DNA of 64,000 bases from an uncultured Candidatus Saccharibacteria bacterium (GCA_964468315.1 CAYXTA010000001.1:193-64192), one strand, 5' to 3'; positions 28,048 to 36,730 are shown, counted from the first letter of the stretch. Numbers and translations are program-made. Notes: generated by a model from the letters alone, not told the origin.

Positions 28048-28938
28048 ATGGAAGGACTAACATTTAAAGAAAAAATTATATTGGAAAAAACAAACAAATT
28101 CTTAAAAAAACACAAGCCGTCTTTTGTATTGACTGCTATTGTTATATTGAGTGTTTTAATCGGCAATGCCATCTATTTTTCTATTTGGCCGTCTGACGAT
28201 AAGACCCTTTTAAGTTCTTTGACTGATATTGAGAATGACAACTGCTCTGTAGTAGGTATTAATTTACATGGAACTTTACTAACATATATTGCACCTCATT
28301 CTGAAAGTGACCCCCTTTTTAATTATGATTCCGTAGCTAGTGAAGATATATATTTTAAAATTAAACAAGCAAATGAAGATGAAAGTATAAAAGCAATTAT
28401 ACTGGAAGTTGACTCTGGTGGAGGGTCTGGAATTGCTGGTGAAGAGGTTTCAAATATTATTAAAAATAGTGCTAAACCTGTCGTAGGATGGATAAGAAGT
28501 GTAAGTGCGTCGGCGTCGTATTTTGCTGTAAGTAGTGCTGATAGGATATTTGCCTCAAAATTTTCTGATGTTGGAGGAATAGGTGTGACCGCTTCTTATT
28601 TAAGTAATGTAAAAAAGAATCAAAAAGATGGCTTAAATTACGAGCAATTGATTGCAGGTAAATATAAAGATTCAGGAAGACCTGATAAGCCACTTACAGA
28701 AGAAGAAAAGAAATTATTTTTGAGAGATATAAATATTGGGTATGAGAACTTTATGAAAGCTGTTTCCGCGAATCGTAATATACCAATTGAAAAAGTTAGA
28801 GAAATTGCTGATGGTTCAACAGTGATGGGAGAGCAAGCAAAGGAACTTGGTTTGATTGACGAGATTGGTGGAATTAATGAGGTTGAAAAGTATCTTGAGG
28901 AAACAATCGGAGAAAAGCCAGAGATTTGTTGGAAGTAA
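28048..28938 (+). CDS. sppA: signal peptide peptidase SppA-like serine protease
   Basis: N-terminal TM. IKAIILEVDSGGGS...ASYFAVSSADRIFA resembles the SppA/ClpP-fold catalytic region. Confidence 0.7.
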   Translation: MEGLTFKEKIILEKTNKFLKKHKPSFVLTAIVILSVLIGNAIYFSIWPSDDKTLLSSLTDIENDNCSVVGINLHGTLLTYIAPHSESDPLFNYDSVASEDIYFKIKQANEDESIKAIILEVDSGGGSGIAGEEVSNIIKNSAKPVVGWIRSVSASASYFAVSSADRIFASKFSDVGGIGVTASYLSNVKKNQKDGLNYEQLIAGKYKDSGRPDKPLTEEEKKLFLRDINIGYENFMKAVSANRNIPIEKVREIADGSTVMGEQAKELGLIDEIGGINEVEKYLEETIGEKPEICWK

Positions 28939-28960
28939 TTTAATAATATAATATTTAACT

Positions 28961-29413
28961 ATGAAAAATAACCGTAACAGCGTATTAACAGGAGTAACTG
29001 GCGAATATTATGTAGCCGCAGAACTTTCTCGTATGGGATATATTGCTTCTATCACTCTCAGAAATACTAAAGGGGTAGATATTCTGTGTTCAAACTCTGA
29101 CGCGACGAAAACTGTTAGTATACAAGTAAAGACTGGATCAGAAGTTAAGAGCACTTGGATTCTAAGTGAAAAGTCAGAAAAATATTATGCACAAAAACTT
29201 TTTTATGTGTTCGTAACTTTGAGTAAAAATTTACACCCAGAGTATTCTATCGTACCAAGTAAAATCGTTGCTGATTTCATAACTAAAAATCACAAAAATT
29301 ACCTAGGTTCTCTTAGTAAAAAGGGCAAAGAGCATAAAGATAGCTCTATGAGAAAGTTTATTGATTTGGAGAAAAAGTATTTAAATAGGTGGGACTTATT
29401 AGGTCTTAACTAG
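28961..29413 (+). CDS. hypothetical protein, restriction-endonuclease-like fold (tentative)
   Basis: EYYVAAELSRMGY...GVDILC...IQVKT shows an E / D / QxK spacing reminiscent of PD-(D/E)xK. Confidence 0.35.
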   Translation: MKNNRNSVLTGVTGEYYVAAELSRMGYIASITLRNTKGVDILCSNSDATKTVSIQVKTGSEVKSTWILSEKSEKYYAQKLFYVFVTLSKNLHPEYSIVPSKIVADFITKNHKNYLGSLSKKGKEHKDSSMRKFIDLEKKYLNRWDLLGLN

Positions 29414-29500
29414 GTAGGTATGGGTATTATACCACAATTTAATCTAAAATGCAAGTATTTTTTACCATACAAATTAAGCTCTTTTTGATATAATCCATAT

Positions 29501-30073
29501 ATGGCAGATGAAATAGACACTAATACCCAAACGCCTCAAACTGAGCCTCTAGAGGTGCCAAAATTGGCACCAGAAGCAACTTCTGAAGCTCAAACGGCTC
29601 AAATACCATCAAGTGAGCCGTTGGCTACTGAACCCGAGCTAATTGCAACACCAGAAGTAACGTCTGAACCTTTGCAAACTTCTGGCGAGGTAAAAGCCGA
29701 GCCAGAGAAAGAAGAAACGGAAATCCCTGAATCAAAACACGAAGATCAAACTTCTTCACAATCTGAGACTCAATCCCAACCCACTACTCCACCACAGGAG
29801 GCAACGCCTCCTGTGGTAATAATCCCTCCTGTAAATAAAATTCGTGAACTTCTTGCGAAAGCCAGAAATGCAATTCAATTTAGAAAAAGAAAGAAACTAG
29901 AAAAAATCATGAACATGTTCACGAAGCGAACAAATGTAACTAACGACGAAGTTGAGAAACTTTTGCATGTCTCTGATGCCACTGCAACAAGATATCTCAC
30001 TATCCTCAAGAAAGAAAACAAGATTAAACAATCTGGAAAAACAGGGAAAGGAGTTTCGTATTCTAAGATTTAA
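29501..30073 (+). CDS. Pro/Thr/Glu-rich low-complexity protein with C-terminal winged-helix
   Basis: N-terminal 110 aa acidic PT-rich. C-terminal VEKLLHVSDATATRYLTILKKENKIKQSGKTGKGVSY is HTH-like. Confidence 0.4.
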   Translation: MADEIDTNTQTPQTEPLEVPKLAPEATSEAQTAQIPSSEPLATEPELIATPEVTSEPLQTSGEVKAEPEKEETEIPESKHEDQTSSQSETQSQPTTPPQEATPPVVIIPPVNKIRELLAKARNAIQFRKRKKLEKIMNMFTKRTNVTNDEVEKLLHVSDATATRYLTILKKENKIKQSGKTGKGVSYSKI

Positions 30074-30284
30074 CCAAATTTTTTTGAATCAAAAAATGCA
30101 ACCTTAACGCTGTGGAAAAATAGTAAAGATATGGATTTATGATAACCTTGTTGTATTCATATTGAGTTATCTTTAACTTTACGCTATCAACTTGATAATA
30201 ATACTGACCATTGTCTTCAATAGCTTCTGCAAAATATTTAAAATTATTTCCTAACAAACAAATCTTTAGTGTAACTACTTTCAT
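30063..30284 (-). CDS. hypothetical small protein
   Basis: 73-aa ORF with no supporting features. Confidence 0.2.
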   Translation of the reverse strand: MKVVTLKICLLGNNFKYFAEAIEDNGQYYYQVDSVKLKITQYEYNKVIINPYLYYFSTALRLHFLIQKNLVKS

Positions 30285-30489
30285 AAAATAAAAAATTCCT
30301 TAAATAATAAGGAAAGGTTTTTTGCGTGGACTAGACACAAACTTATCTTTCCCATATGGGTTGGATTTAGCACCTTGCATTTGTAGGTTGCTGGATGGAT
30401 TACTGAGCCAATTCTCTAACCACCACTCTTGATATAAACTATTAAGTTGTAATTTAATTCTATCAATAAAAAAGAATAAGAGCAAATTT

Positions 30490-31215
30490 TATAGGGAGCA
30501 GAAGTTGCCTACGCGCACGGGTGGGTGGAGTGTGTGCGTACTCGCACACACTCGGGGCAAGTATTTGCATTTGCACCTCGGGCATTTCCGCTATGTGCGT
30601 CCATGGCTGACGGATGAGCGCCGACCCTATATTGCAATACTAAAGGTAAATAGCGAAGCGACACACTAACATCTAATCTGATAAAGCGTAGAGTGGGGGT
30701 GGCGAGGGTGGACCGCTGTATTCAGCGACACCCGACCCGGGGAGAGGAAACTTCCTCTCCCCGAGAAGCGCGGGCAATCTACTAAACGGCTCATCCTCTG
30801 GTATTTGAGCCGTTTAACTATCTGGTTTGCCCGCTCATAGGCATGTAGGCGTGAGTAGCCATAGCGGAAATGCCCGAGGCGGATGCCGAGGGTGATACCT
30901 ACCGACAGACAGGACAACACATCGAGAAAGGAACGAGGTACAATATTGAATTTGTATTTTTGAGTTATGCCCGCATTCCTCCCAGACCCTCCTGCGTGCC
31001 AAACCAAACCGAAACCCCGCCGAATTTCAAAAAAGAATATGCCGAGGTTTTGCGAAATCGTATCCCAGAGAATATAGCTTTCGCAAAACCGAGTCCGCAT
31101 TGGGTCTAAGCGCTTCCGTCTTTTCCTTTTAGGAAAAGCACCACGCTTGGCGTGGTGGCGCTTCAGCGCAACGGATGCGCTTAATCACTTTGCTTCTCGA
31201 AAAAAGTTCGCGCAA
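30490..31215 (-). ncRNA. GC-rich structured element (candidate large ncRNA or ORF-less mobile RNA element); contains inverted repeat B right copy
   Basis: About 725 nt and clearly GC-richer than its surroundings. Many hairpins (for example ggggagaggaa actt cctctcccc, and gagtgtgtgcg tact cgcacacactc). A 20-nt long-range pairing joins 30574-30593 and 30863-30882. ORFs in it (30666..31100 minus, 30870..31109 plus) have foreign composition. Strand uncertain. Confidence 0.35.
30958..31215. repeat. inverted repeat B, right copy
   Basis: Reverse complement of 14619..14882. Ends ...taattagcgcacaa at the island/chromosome junction. Confidence 0.85.
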
Positions 31216-31270
31216 AGCGTATAATTAGCGCACAAATTTATATATAATAACTTAAAAAATTAAGTACTTT

Positions 31271-32272
31271 ATGGAATCATTAGAAAATAATAATATATCT
31301 ATTGGTGGGCAGAAAAAAGTTGAAGAATATGTTGATCGTATTAGAAATGGAGAATCTGAGGACCTTATTTTTAAAGATCTTCCAGAATCTTTTAAAAATG
31401 GTATTAAAAAAATACTTAATGAATCTGTAGAAGAAAAAAATAAAAGATACGAGTCTGAACAAAATAGAATTGAAGAACTTAGAGAACAACTTGGTGCTAA
31501 AAAATCAACAGAAAAGATAAATTTATTAGATATTCAAGAAAGAAAAAAACTACAAGGATGGACAGCTAGTTATGAATTGGCAAAAATTGCAAAACAGCAG
31601 GGTATTGATTTATCAAAAATTTCTAGAGAAGAATATGTAAATTTCGCAATACAAAATTCTTTAGCTATTGATGACGATCAGTTAAGGGTTGCACCATGGC
31701 AAAGAATGGGTACTTCTGTCGAAGAAATCGTTTTAGAAAACAGAAAAAGAAAAGCACAAATAAAAGAAGAATCTGAAAAAGAGTTTGCAAAATTTTGTTA
31801 CGAAACACAACAAAAAGCAGGCCAAGAAAATCGTTTTATTTCAGAAAATATTAGAATAAGACAAGGTACAAAAGATTCTAATTCCTGGCTGTTTTTCGGG
31901 ATCAATAACGGAACTGGAGAAAAAAGTAATGAAACTTATAAATCGTATGTTTCTGTTAAAGATTTGAATACTTTAACCCCTGAAAGATTTACACAATTTA
32001 TGACAGCTCTTAGGGATGCAAAATATAATGGTGATATCAAAATTTTCCAAGATTTATCAGAGCAAGGTGTTAGATTAAATGATCAGATTGTTATGCATGG
32101 AGGTTCACAAACAGATGCAGAACTTGGTTTGCAAGTTGCTGAACAATTTTTCGGTACAGATTTAGACCAAAAGAGTCTAGGAAAAGATGAAGTTATCAAT
32201 GGAGAGAATAAAAGTTATAGTCAGATTCTTGCATTAAAAATTTCAGAAGCTGTAAATAAAAAAACCGCTTAA
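31271..32272 (+). CDS. hypothetical protein
   Basis: 333 aa, charged with coiled-coil-like N-terminal half. No family recognised. Confidence 0.45.
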   Translation: MESLENNNISIGGQKKVEEYVDRIRNGESEDLIFKDLPESFKNGIKKILNESVEEKNKRYESEQNRIEELREQLGAKKSTEKINLLDIQERKKLQGWTASYELAKIAKQQGIDLSKISREEYVNFAIQNSLAIDDDQLRVAPWQRMGTSVEEIVLENRKRKAQIKEESEKEFAKFCYETQQKAGQENRFISENIRIRQGTKDSNSWLFFGINNGTGEKSNETYKSYVSVKDLNTLTPERFTQFMTALRDAKYNGDIKIFQDLSEQGVRLNDQIVMHGGSQTDAELGLQVAEQFFGTDLDQKSLGKDEVINGENKSYSQILALKISEAVNKKTA

Positions 32273-32286
32273 GACGGTTTTTTTAT
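32258..32286. terminator. bidirectional terminator
   Basis: aaaccg cttaaga cggttt plus a T-run, between convergent genes. Confidence 0.6.
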
Positions 32287-32294
32287 TATTGATA

Positions 32295-32765
32295 TTAGAG
32301 AGATTTTACTTTAACACTCTTTTTCTTTTCTTTATCTATCTTTGGAAGCTTGATAGTGAGTAAACCGTGCTTTTCTGTTGCTTCAGATTCTTCTGGATCA
32401 ACTTCTTCGGGAAGGGAAATAGTCCTTGAAAATGAACCCCAGTAGAGTTCTTTACTGAAGTAATTTTCTTCGTTTATAGTGCGTGACTCTTCTCTTTTTC
32501 CACGGATTGTTATCATATCTCTTGTAATAACAATGTCCAAATCTTCAGGGCGTACACCAGCGACCATTGTTTGAACGACTATATCATTTGCTGTTTGGTA
32601 AACATCCACAGTGAGTTCTGCATCTTCCTCTTCTTCCATCCATCCAGCAGGATTTTCTTTTTTAGAATCTAAATTCTTAATAGAATTTTTTACTACTGGC
32701 TCATCGTTGTATTCATCCATGTCTACACTTCCAGTAAGTCTTTCAAAAAATGATCTTTTTTTCAT
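32295..32765 (-). CDS. Hsp20/alpha-crystallin family small heat shock protein
   Basis: Alpha-crystallin domain: ELTVDVYQT...IVITRDMITIRGKREE...GSFSRTISLPEEVD...HGLLTIKLPK. Confidence 0.8.
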   Translation of the reverse strand: MKKRSFFERLTGSVDMDEYNDEPVVKNSIKNLDSKKENPAGWMEEEEDAELTVDVYQTANDIVVQTMVAGVRPEDLDIVITRDMITIRGKREESRTINEENYFSKELYWGSFSRTISLPEEVDPEESEATEKHGLLTIKLPKIDKEKKKSVKVKSL

Positions 32766-32787
32766 AATATTTTTAGTTGATTAATTT

Positions 32788-33480
32788 TTAATATTCACCA
32801 CTCATTCTTCTTAGTTTTTCAATAAGAAGCATATTGATTATTGTAACAACCCAAAGTAAAGCGAAGACGCTTAAAAAATTGTTACCATTATTATCTATTA
32901 TAAAAAAATTAAACGCAGTATGCAAGGCAATAGCAGCGATCATTCCGATTATTAAGTATAATTTTTTAAAAAATTTACCTAAATAAAAAGATAAACCTAA
33001 AGATATACCAATAAGTCCACTAGAAACAGAGTGAAGTAATGTAGAACCAAGGAATCTTAGTTGGCTTGTGAGAAGTCCGACAGTTGAATGGTCAAGTGAT
33101 AATGGTTTTATTAAAAAGAAAGTATTTTCAAGAGCAGCGAAACCAAGAGCAGCTGTAATTATATAAATAGGGTAGTCGATAGGGTTTTTTATATATGAAG
33201 TATTAAAAAGAACTATAAGTACAGCCAAGTATTTTATAATTTCTTCTACACTAGCCCAAGAAAGTATTTGATATTCTTGAGAACTTATATGTACTTGTAG
33301 AAATTTTTCAATTGGAAGTACAAAAATCACAGCAACCATTCCAAGTAAGAAGCAAAGCATAAGCATTCCTTTTGGTTCTGGTTTTTCTGCATCTTCTCTA
33401 AGCCAAAACCAAAGCCAAATAAGAGCTGGTAGTACACCTCCTATTAATGCTATACCTAAAATTTTAGGGTCGTTAGTCAT
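32788..33480 (-). CDS. PrsW-like intramembrane protease family protein (tentative)
   Basis: Polytopic membrane protein with GFAALEN (FxxxEN-like) and acidic residues in the first helices, as in PrsW/CPBP-type proteases. Confidence 0.45.
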   Translation of the reverse strand: MTNDPKILGIALIGGVLPALIWLWFWLREDAEKPEPKGMLMLCFLLGMVAVIFVLPIEKFLQVHISSQEYQILSWASVEEIIKYLAVLIVLFNTSYIKNPIDYPIYIITAALGFAALENTFFLIKPLSLDHSTVGLLTSQLRFLGSTLLHSVSSGLIGISLGLSFYLGKFFKKLYLIIGMIAAIALHTAFNFFIIDNNGNNFLSVFALLWVVTIINMLLIEKLRRMSGEY

Positions 33481-33483
33481 TTT

Positions 33484-35589
33484 TTATGATGGCCAATTTT
33501 CAACCATCAATAAATTTTTATCTTGGGTAGGCAATATCGACCAGATTTCTTCTGTGACAAATGGCATAAATGGGTGAAGTGTTTTTATGCAGTCAATCCA
33601 AATTGGCAACAATACTGATTTTATTTTTTCGTCTTTCTTACTTTCTTCTATTATTTCATCTGCGAATCTGTGCCAAATATATTGATATATTTTTTCTGAA
33701 GCTAAATGAAAACGATAATTGTCCATATCACTTGTAATATCTTTAATTATTTCTTTAAATTCTTTCACTAATTCATTATCTGTAAAACTTTCATTTTGAT
33801 CTGTTTTATTTTCTAAAACGAAACGTGTGATATTCCATATCTTGTTTGCGAAATTTTTATAACCTTTGATTTTGTCTTCAGAGACTTTACTGTCTGTACC
33901 TGGCGCAGTTCCTACTATGAGAGCCATACGTCCTGCATCAGCACCGAATTTAGCTGCTATATCAAGTGGATCAATACCATTACCGAGAGATTTAGACATT
34001 TTGCGTCCTTGTCCATCGCGTACTGTACCATGTAAGAAAACTTTTTTGAATGGAATATCTCCTAGCGCATATTTTGTCATTAATACCATTCTTGCAACCC
34101 AAAAGAAAAGGATTTCGTATCCAGTTTCTAAAATATCTGTCGGATGAAAATCTGCTAAATCTTTTGTATTTTCTGGCCAACCTAAAGTAGAGAAAGTCCA
34201 AAGACCAGAAGAGAACCAAGTATCTAGAGTGTCTTCGTCTTGTTTCCAACCTTCGCCTTGCGGAGCTTCTGTGCCACAATAAATTTCTTCATCTTTGTAC
34301 CAAACAGGCACACGATGTCCATACCAAATCTGACGAGAGATACACCAGTCACGAAGATTTTCTATCCAATGGAAATATGTTTTTGAAAAATAATCAGGAA
34401 TAATTTCGATTTCTTTATTTTCCATTGGTTCACGCATTAATTCTTTGAGAGTTTTATTTTCTCTTTCTGGAATTGGTTTATTTACATTTATAAACCATTG
34501 TAATTTTGGAAGTGGTTCTACAATACCACCAGTTCTTTCAGCTGTAGAAACATTTTGTTTTATATCTTCTTCTTTTTCTAAAAGATTATTTTCACGAAGC
34601 CAAGATACTATTACTTCTCTCGCTTCAGTTGTTTTTTTACCAAGTAGATTTTCGCCACCAACAGACATTTTTGCATATTCATTGATAACTTGCGGGCGAG
34701 GAAGATCGTGCCTATCTGCCATTTCCCAGTCGATCATAGAGTGTGCAGGAGTCACACCGAGCGCTCCAGTACCGAAAGCAGGATCAACTTCTTTGTCGGC
34801 AATTATTTTTATATGTATTGGTACACCAGCAAATTGTAAATCGTATTCTTTTCCAACATATTCTGTATAACGAGCGTCATCAGGATTCACAGCTACAGCC
34901 ACGTCACCGACTTTTGTTTCAGGACGACTTGTAGAAATTGAAATAGGAAAGTCAGCACTATATTTAAAAGTATAGAGTTTAGACATTCTTTCTTCATAAA
35001 CTATTTCATCATCTGAAATAGTTGTTTGTCCTTTTGGATCCCAGTTTACAATTCTATTACCACGATAAATAAGCCCGTCGTCATACATTTTTTTGAATAT
35101 TGTATTTACTGCGAGATTTCTTTTTTCATCGAGAGTGAATGCTTCACGAGACCAATCACAACTTGCCCCCATTGTGCGTACTTGAGATACGATAGTATCA
35201 TGACTTTGTTGTGCAAATTCTTTTATCCTTTTTAACATTTCTTCACGACCTAAATCATGACGACTTTTTCCTTCTTTTTTTTGAATTTCTTTTTCAACTT
35301 TTGATTGAGTTGCTATAGCTGCGTGGTCAGTACCTGGAAGCCAGAGAGTTTTATATCCTTGCATTCTTTTGTAACGAATCATTATGTCTTCAAGTGTGAC
35401 CATCAAAGCATGACCCATATGAAGTACACCTGTCACATTTGGAGGAGGCATCATTATTGTAAAAGCTTCTTTTCTTTCACCGGGTAAATTGTCAGGATTA
35501 AAAAAACCGGACTTTTCCCAAAGTTCATAAATCCTTTTTTCTGTATTTGTTGGGTCGTACGGCTTTAAAAGCTTTTCATTAATTTCCAT
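33484..35589 (-). CDS. valS: valyl-tRNA synthetase (short form lacking C-terminal coiled coil)
   Basis: PPPNVTGVLHMGHA (HIGH region, ValRS-type), KMSKSLGN, and an editing-domain segment. 701 aa is short for ValRS. Confidence 0.8.
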   Translation of the reverse strand: MEINEKLLKPYDPTNTEKRIYELWEKSGFFNPDNLPGERKEAFTIMMPPPNVTGVLHMGHALMVTLEDIMIRYKRMQGYKTLWLPGTDHAAIATQSKVEKEIQKKEGKSRHDLGREEMLKRIKEFAQQSHDTIVSQVRTMGASCDWSREAFTLDEKRNLAVNTIFKKMYDDGLIYRGNRIVNWDPKGQTTISDDEIVYEERMSKLYTFKYSADFPISISTSRPETKVGDVAVAVNPDDARYTEYVGKEYDLQFAGVPIHIKIIADKEVDPAFGTGALGVTPAHSMIDWEMADRHDLPRPQVINEYAKMSVGGENLLGKKTTEAREVIVSWLRENNLLEKEEDIKQNVSTAERTGGIVEPLPKLQWFINVNKPIPERENKTLKELMREPMENKEIEIIPDYFSKTYFHWIENLRDWCISRQIWYGHRVPVWYKDEEIYCGTEAPQGEGWKQDEDTLDTWFSSGLWTFSTLGWPENTKDLADFHPTDILETGYEILFFWVARMVLMTKYALGDIPFKKVFLHGTVRDGQGRKMSKSLGNGIDPLDIAAKFGADAGRMALIVGTAPGTDSKVSEDKIKGYKNFANKIWNITRFVLENKTDQNESFTDNELVKEFKEIIKDITSDMDNYRFHLASEKIYQYIWHRFADEIIEESKKDEKIKSVLLPIWIDCIKTLHPFMPFVTEEIWSILPTQDKNLLMVENWPS

Positions 35590-35605
35590 CCTTATATATT
35601 ATCAC

Positions 35606-36655
35606 TTAAAATGAAAGTCCGCCATTGGCTTTTATGTTTGTTTTTTTGTTTTTTCTTCGGAAATACCCAACGAGAGATATCATTATTGCATTATCTGTTG
35701 AAAGTTTTTTATTAGGAAAAAGTACTTCTATTTTTAAATTATTTTCTTTTATTTTCTTTTTTAATATTTTTTTGAGTTGTGTATTTGCAGAAACACCACC
35801 AGCTACTATAAGTGTTTTTATTTTGTGTTCTTTTATAGCTTTTATTGTTTTATGAGTAAGTACATCTACTACAGCATCTTCAAATTCTCTAGCGATTTCC
35901 ATTTTCATTTTTTCATCTAGAGATCCGATTTTTTGGATTAAATACAAAACGGCAGTTTTGAGTCCAGAAAATGAAAAATCGTAATTTTTTGAATACATCA
36001 TTGGGCGAGGGAGAGTGATTTCACTTATTGATTTAATTTTCCTACCTAGTGCTGCCAATTTTGAAACTTGTGGTCCACCAGGATATGAAAGTGAGAGCAT
36101 TCTAGCAACCTTATCAAAAGCTTCACCAGCTGCATCGTCGCAAGTCTCACCAATTTTTTTATACTTCATCCAATCTTTTACTAAAACTAATTCAGTGTGT
36201 CCACCTGATACAAGAAGTGATAGAGCAGGGAATTTTAAATTTGGAATTTTAAATTTACCATTTTTAGCAAATACTGAAAGAACATGACCTTCCATATGGT
36301 TCACTGGTACTACTGGTACATTCCATTTTTTACTTAATTCTTTTGCAAAGACTATTCCTGTCCAAAGTGCTGGTTCGAGACCTGGGCCAGAAGTTACAGC
36401 TATCATGTCGACAGGTTTTTTACTTTTTTCTAATTTAAGTTTTTTTAAAGTTTTTTCCAATAGTATAGGAAGATTTTTTATATGTTCTCTTTTTGCGAGA
36501 GCAGGGTAGACTCCACCATACTGTGCATGTATTTTTATTTGTGAAGAAAGATTGTTTGCCAATACTTCAAAAACTGGATTGTTTTCATTTCCAGTTACAT
36601 TCAATATTGTGATTCCTGTTTCATCACAAGACGTTTCAATACTTAAGATTTTCAT
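35606..36655 (-). CDS. tsaD: tRNA N6-adenosine threonylcarbamoyltransferase TsaD (Kae1/Gcp)
   Basis: MKILSIETSCDETGI, HMEGH, and GGVSAN. 349 aa. Confidence 0.9.
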   Translation of the reverse strand: MKILSIETSCDETGITILNVTGNENNPVFEVLANNLSSQIKIHAQYGGVYPALAKREHIKNLPILLEKTLKKLKLEKSKKPVDMIAVTSGPGLEPALWTGIVFAKELSKKWNVPVVPVNHMEGHVLSVFAKNGKFKIPNLKFPALSLLVSGGHTELVLVKDWMKYKKIGETCDDAAGEAFDKVARMLSLSYPGGPQVSKLAALGRKIKSISEITLPRPMMYSKNYDFSFSGLKTAVLYLIQKIGSLDEKMKMEIAREFEDAVVDVLTHKTIKAIKEHKIKTLIVAGGVSANTQLKKILKKKIKENNLKIEVLFPNKKLSTDNAIMISLVGYFRRKNKKTNIKANGGLSF

Positions 36656-36657
36656 AG

Positions 36658-36730
36658 TGCGCGGTGAGGAACTCGAATCCCCGGCCTACCCCACGTCAAG
36701 GGGTCGCTCTACCAGCTGAGCTAACCGCGC
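36658..36730 (-). tRNA. tRNA-Val (anticodon GAC)
   Basis: gcgcggt...accgcgc acceptor, D-loop agctggta, anticodon loop ttGACgt, T-loop ttcgagt. Confidence 0.8.

Larger units (their letters stand above)
12939..31215. mobile_element. tRNA-Phe-associated genomic island (serine recombinase + restriction-modification/defense cargo)
   Basis: Recombinase overlaps the tRNA 3' end. Long inverted repeats bracket the recombinase and the cargo. GC-rich patches sit in an AT-rich genome. Cargo genes are typical of defense islands. Confidence 0.65.

Noticed and set aside
30490-31215. Group II intron interpretation of the GC-rich element (5' GUGCG on the minus strand)
   Set aside because: No domain V with the AGC/CGC triad and 2-nt bulge, no GNRA-capped 34-nt hairpin near the 3' end, no reverse transcriptase ORF nearby. 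The GUGCG match alone is insufficient.
30490-31215. tmRNA or RNase P RNA assignment for the GC-rich element
   Set aside because: No tRNA-like T-arm (GGTTCGA) or tag reading frame was found, and no P4 or P5 consensus (AGGAAAGUCCGG, ACAGAA..CGGCUUA). Also, part of it is duplicated as repeat B.
12955-31215. Hexamer gcacaa at both island boundaries (12955-12960 and 31210-31215) as target-site duplication
   Set aside because: Six base pairs in an AT-rich genome is within chance expectation. It is noted but not used as evidence for precise att cores.
33866-35487. Several plus-strand ORFs (33866..34147, 34445..34870, 35026..35235, 35305..35487) and similar antisense ORFs inside ftsZ, ftsA, priA and the SNF2 and restriction-modification genes
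   Set aside because: They lie antisense to long, well-supported genes (valS and others) and show shadow-ORF composition.
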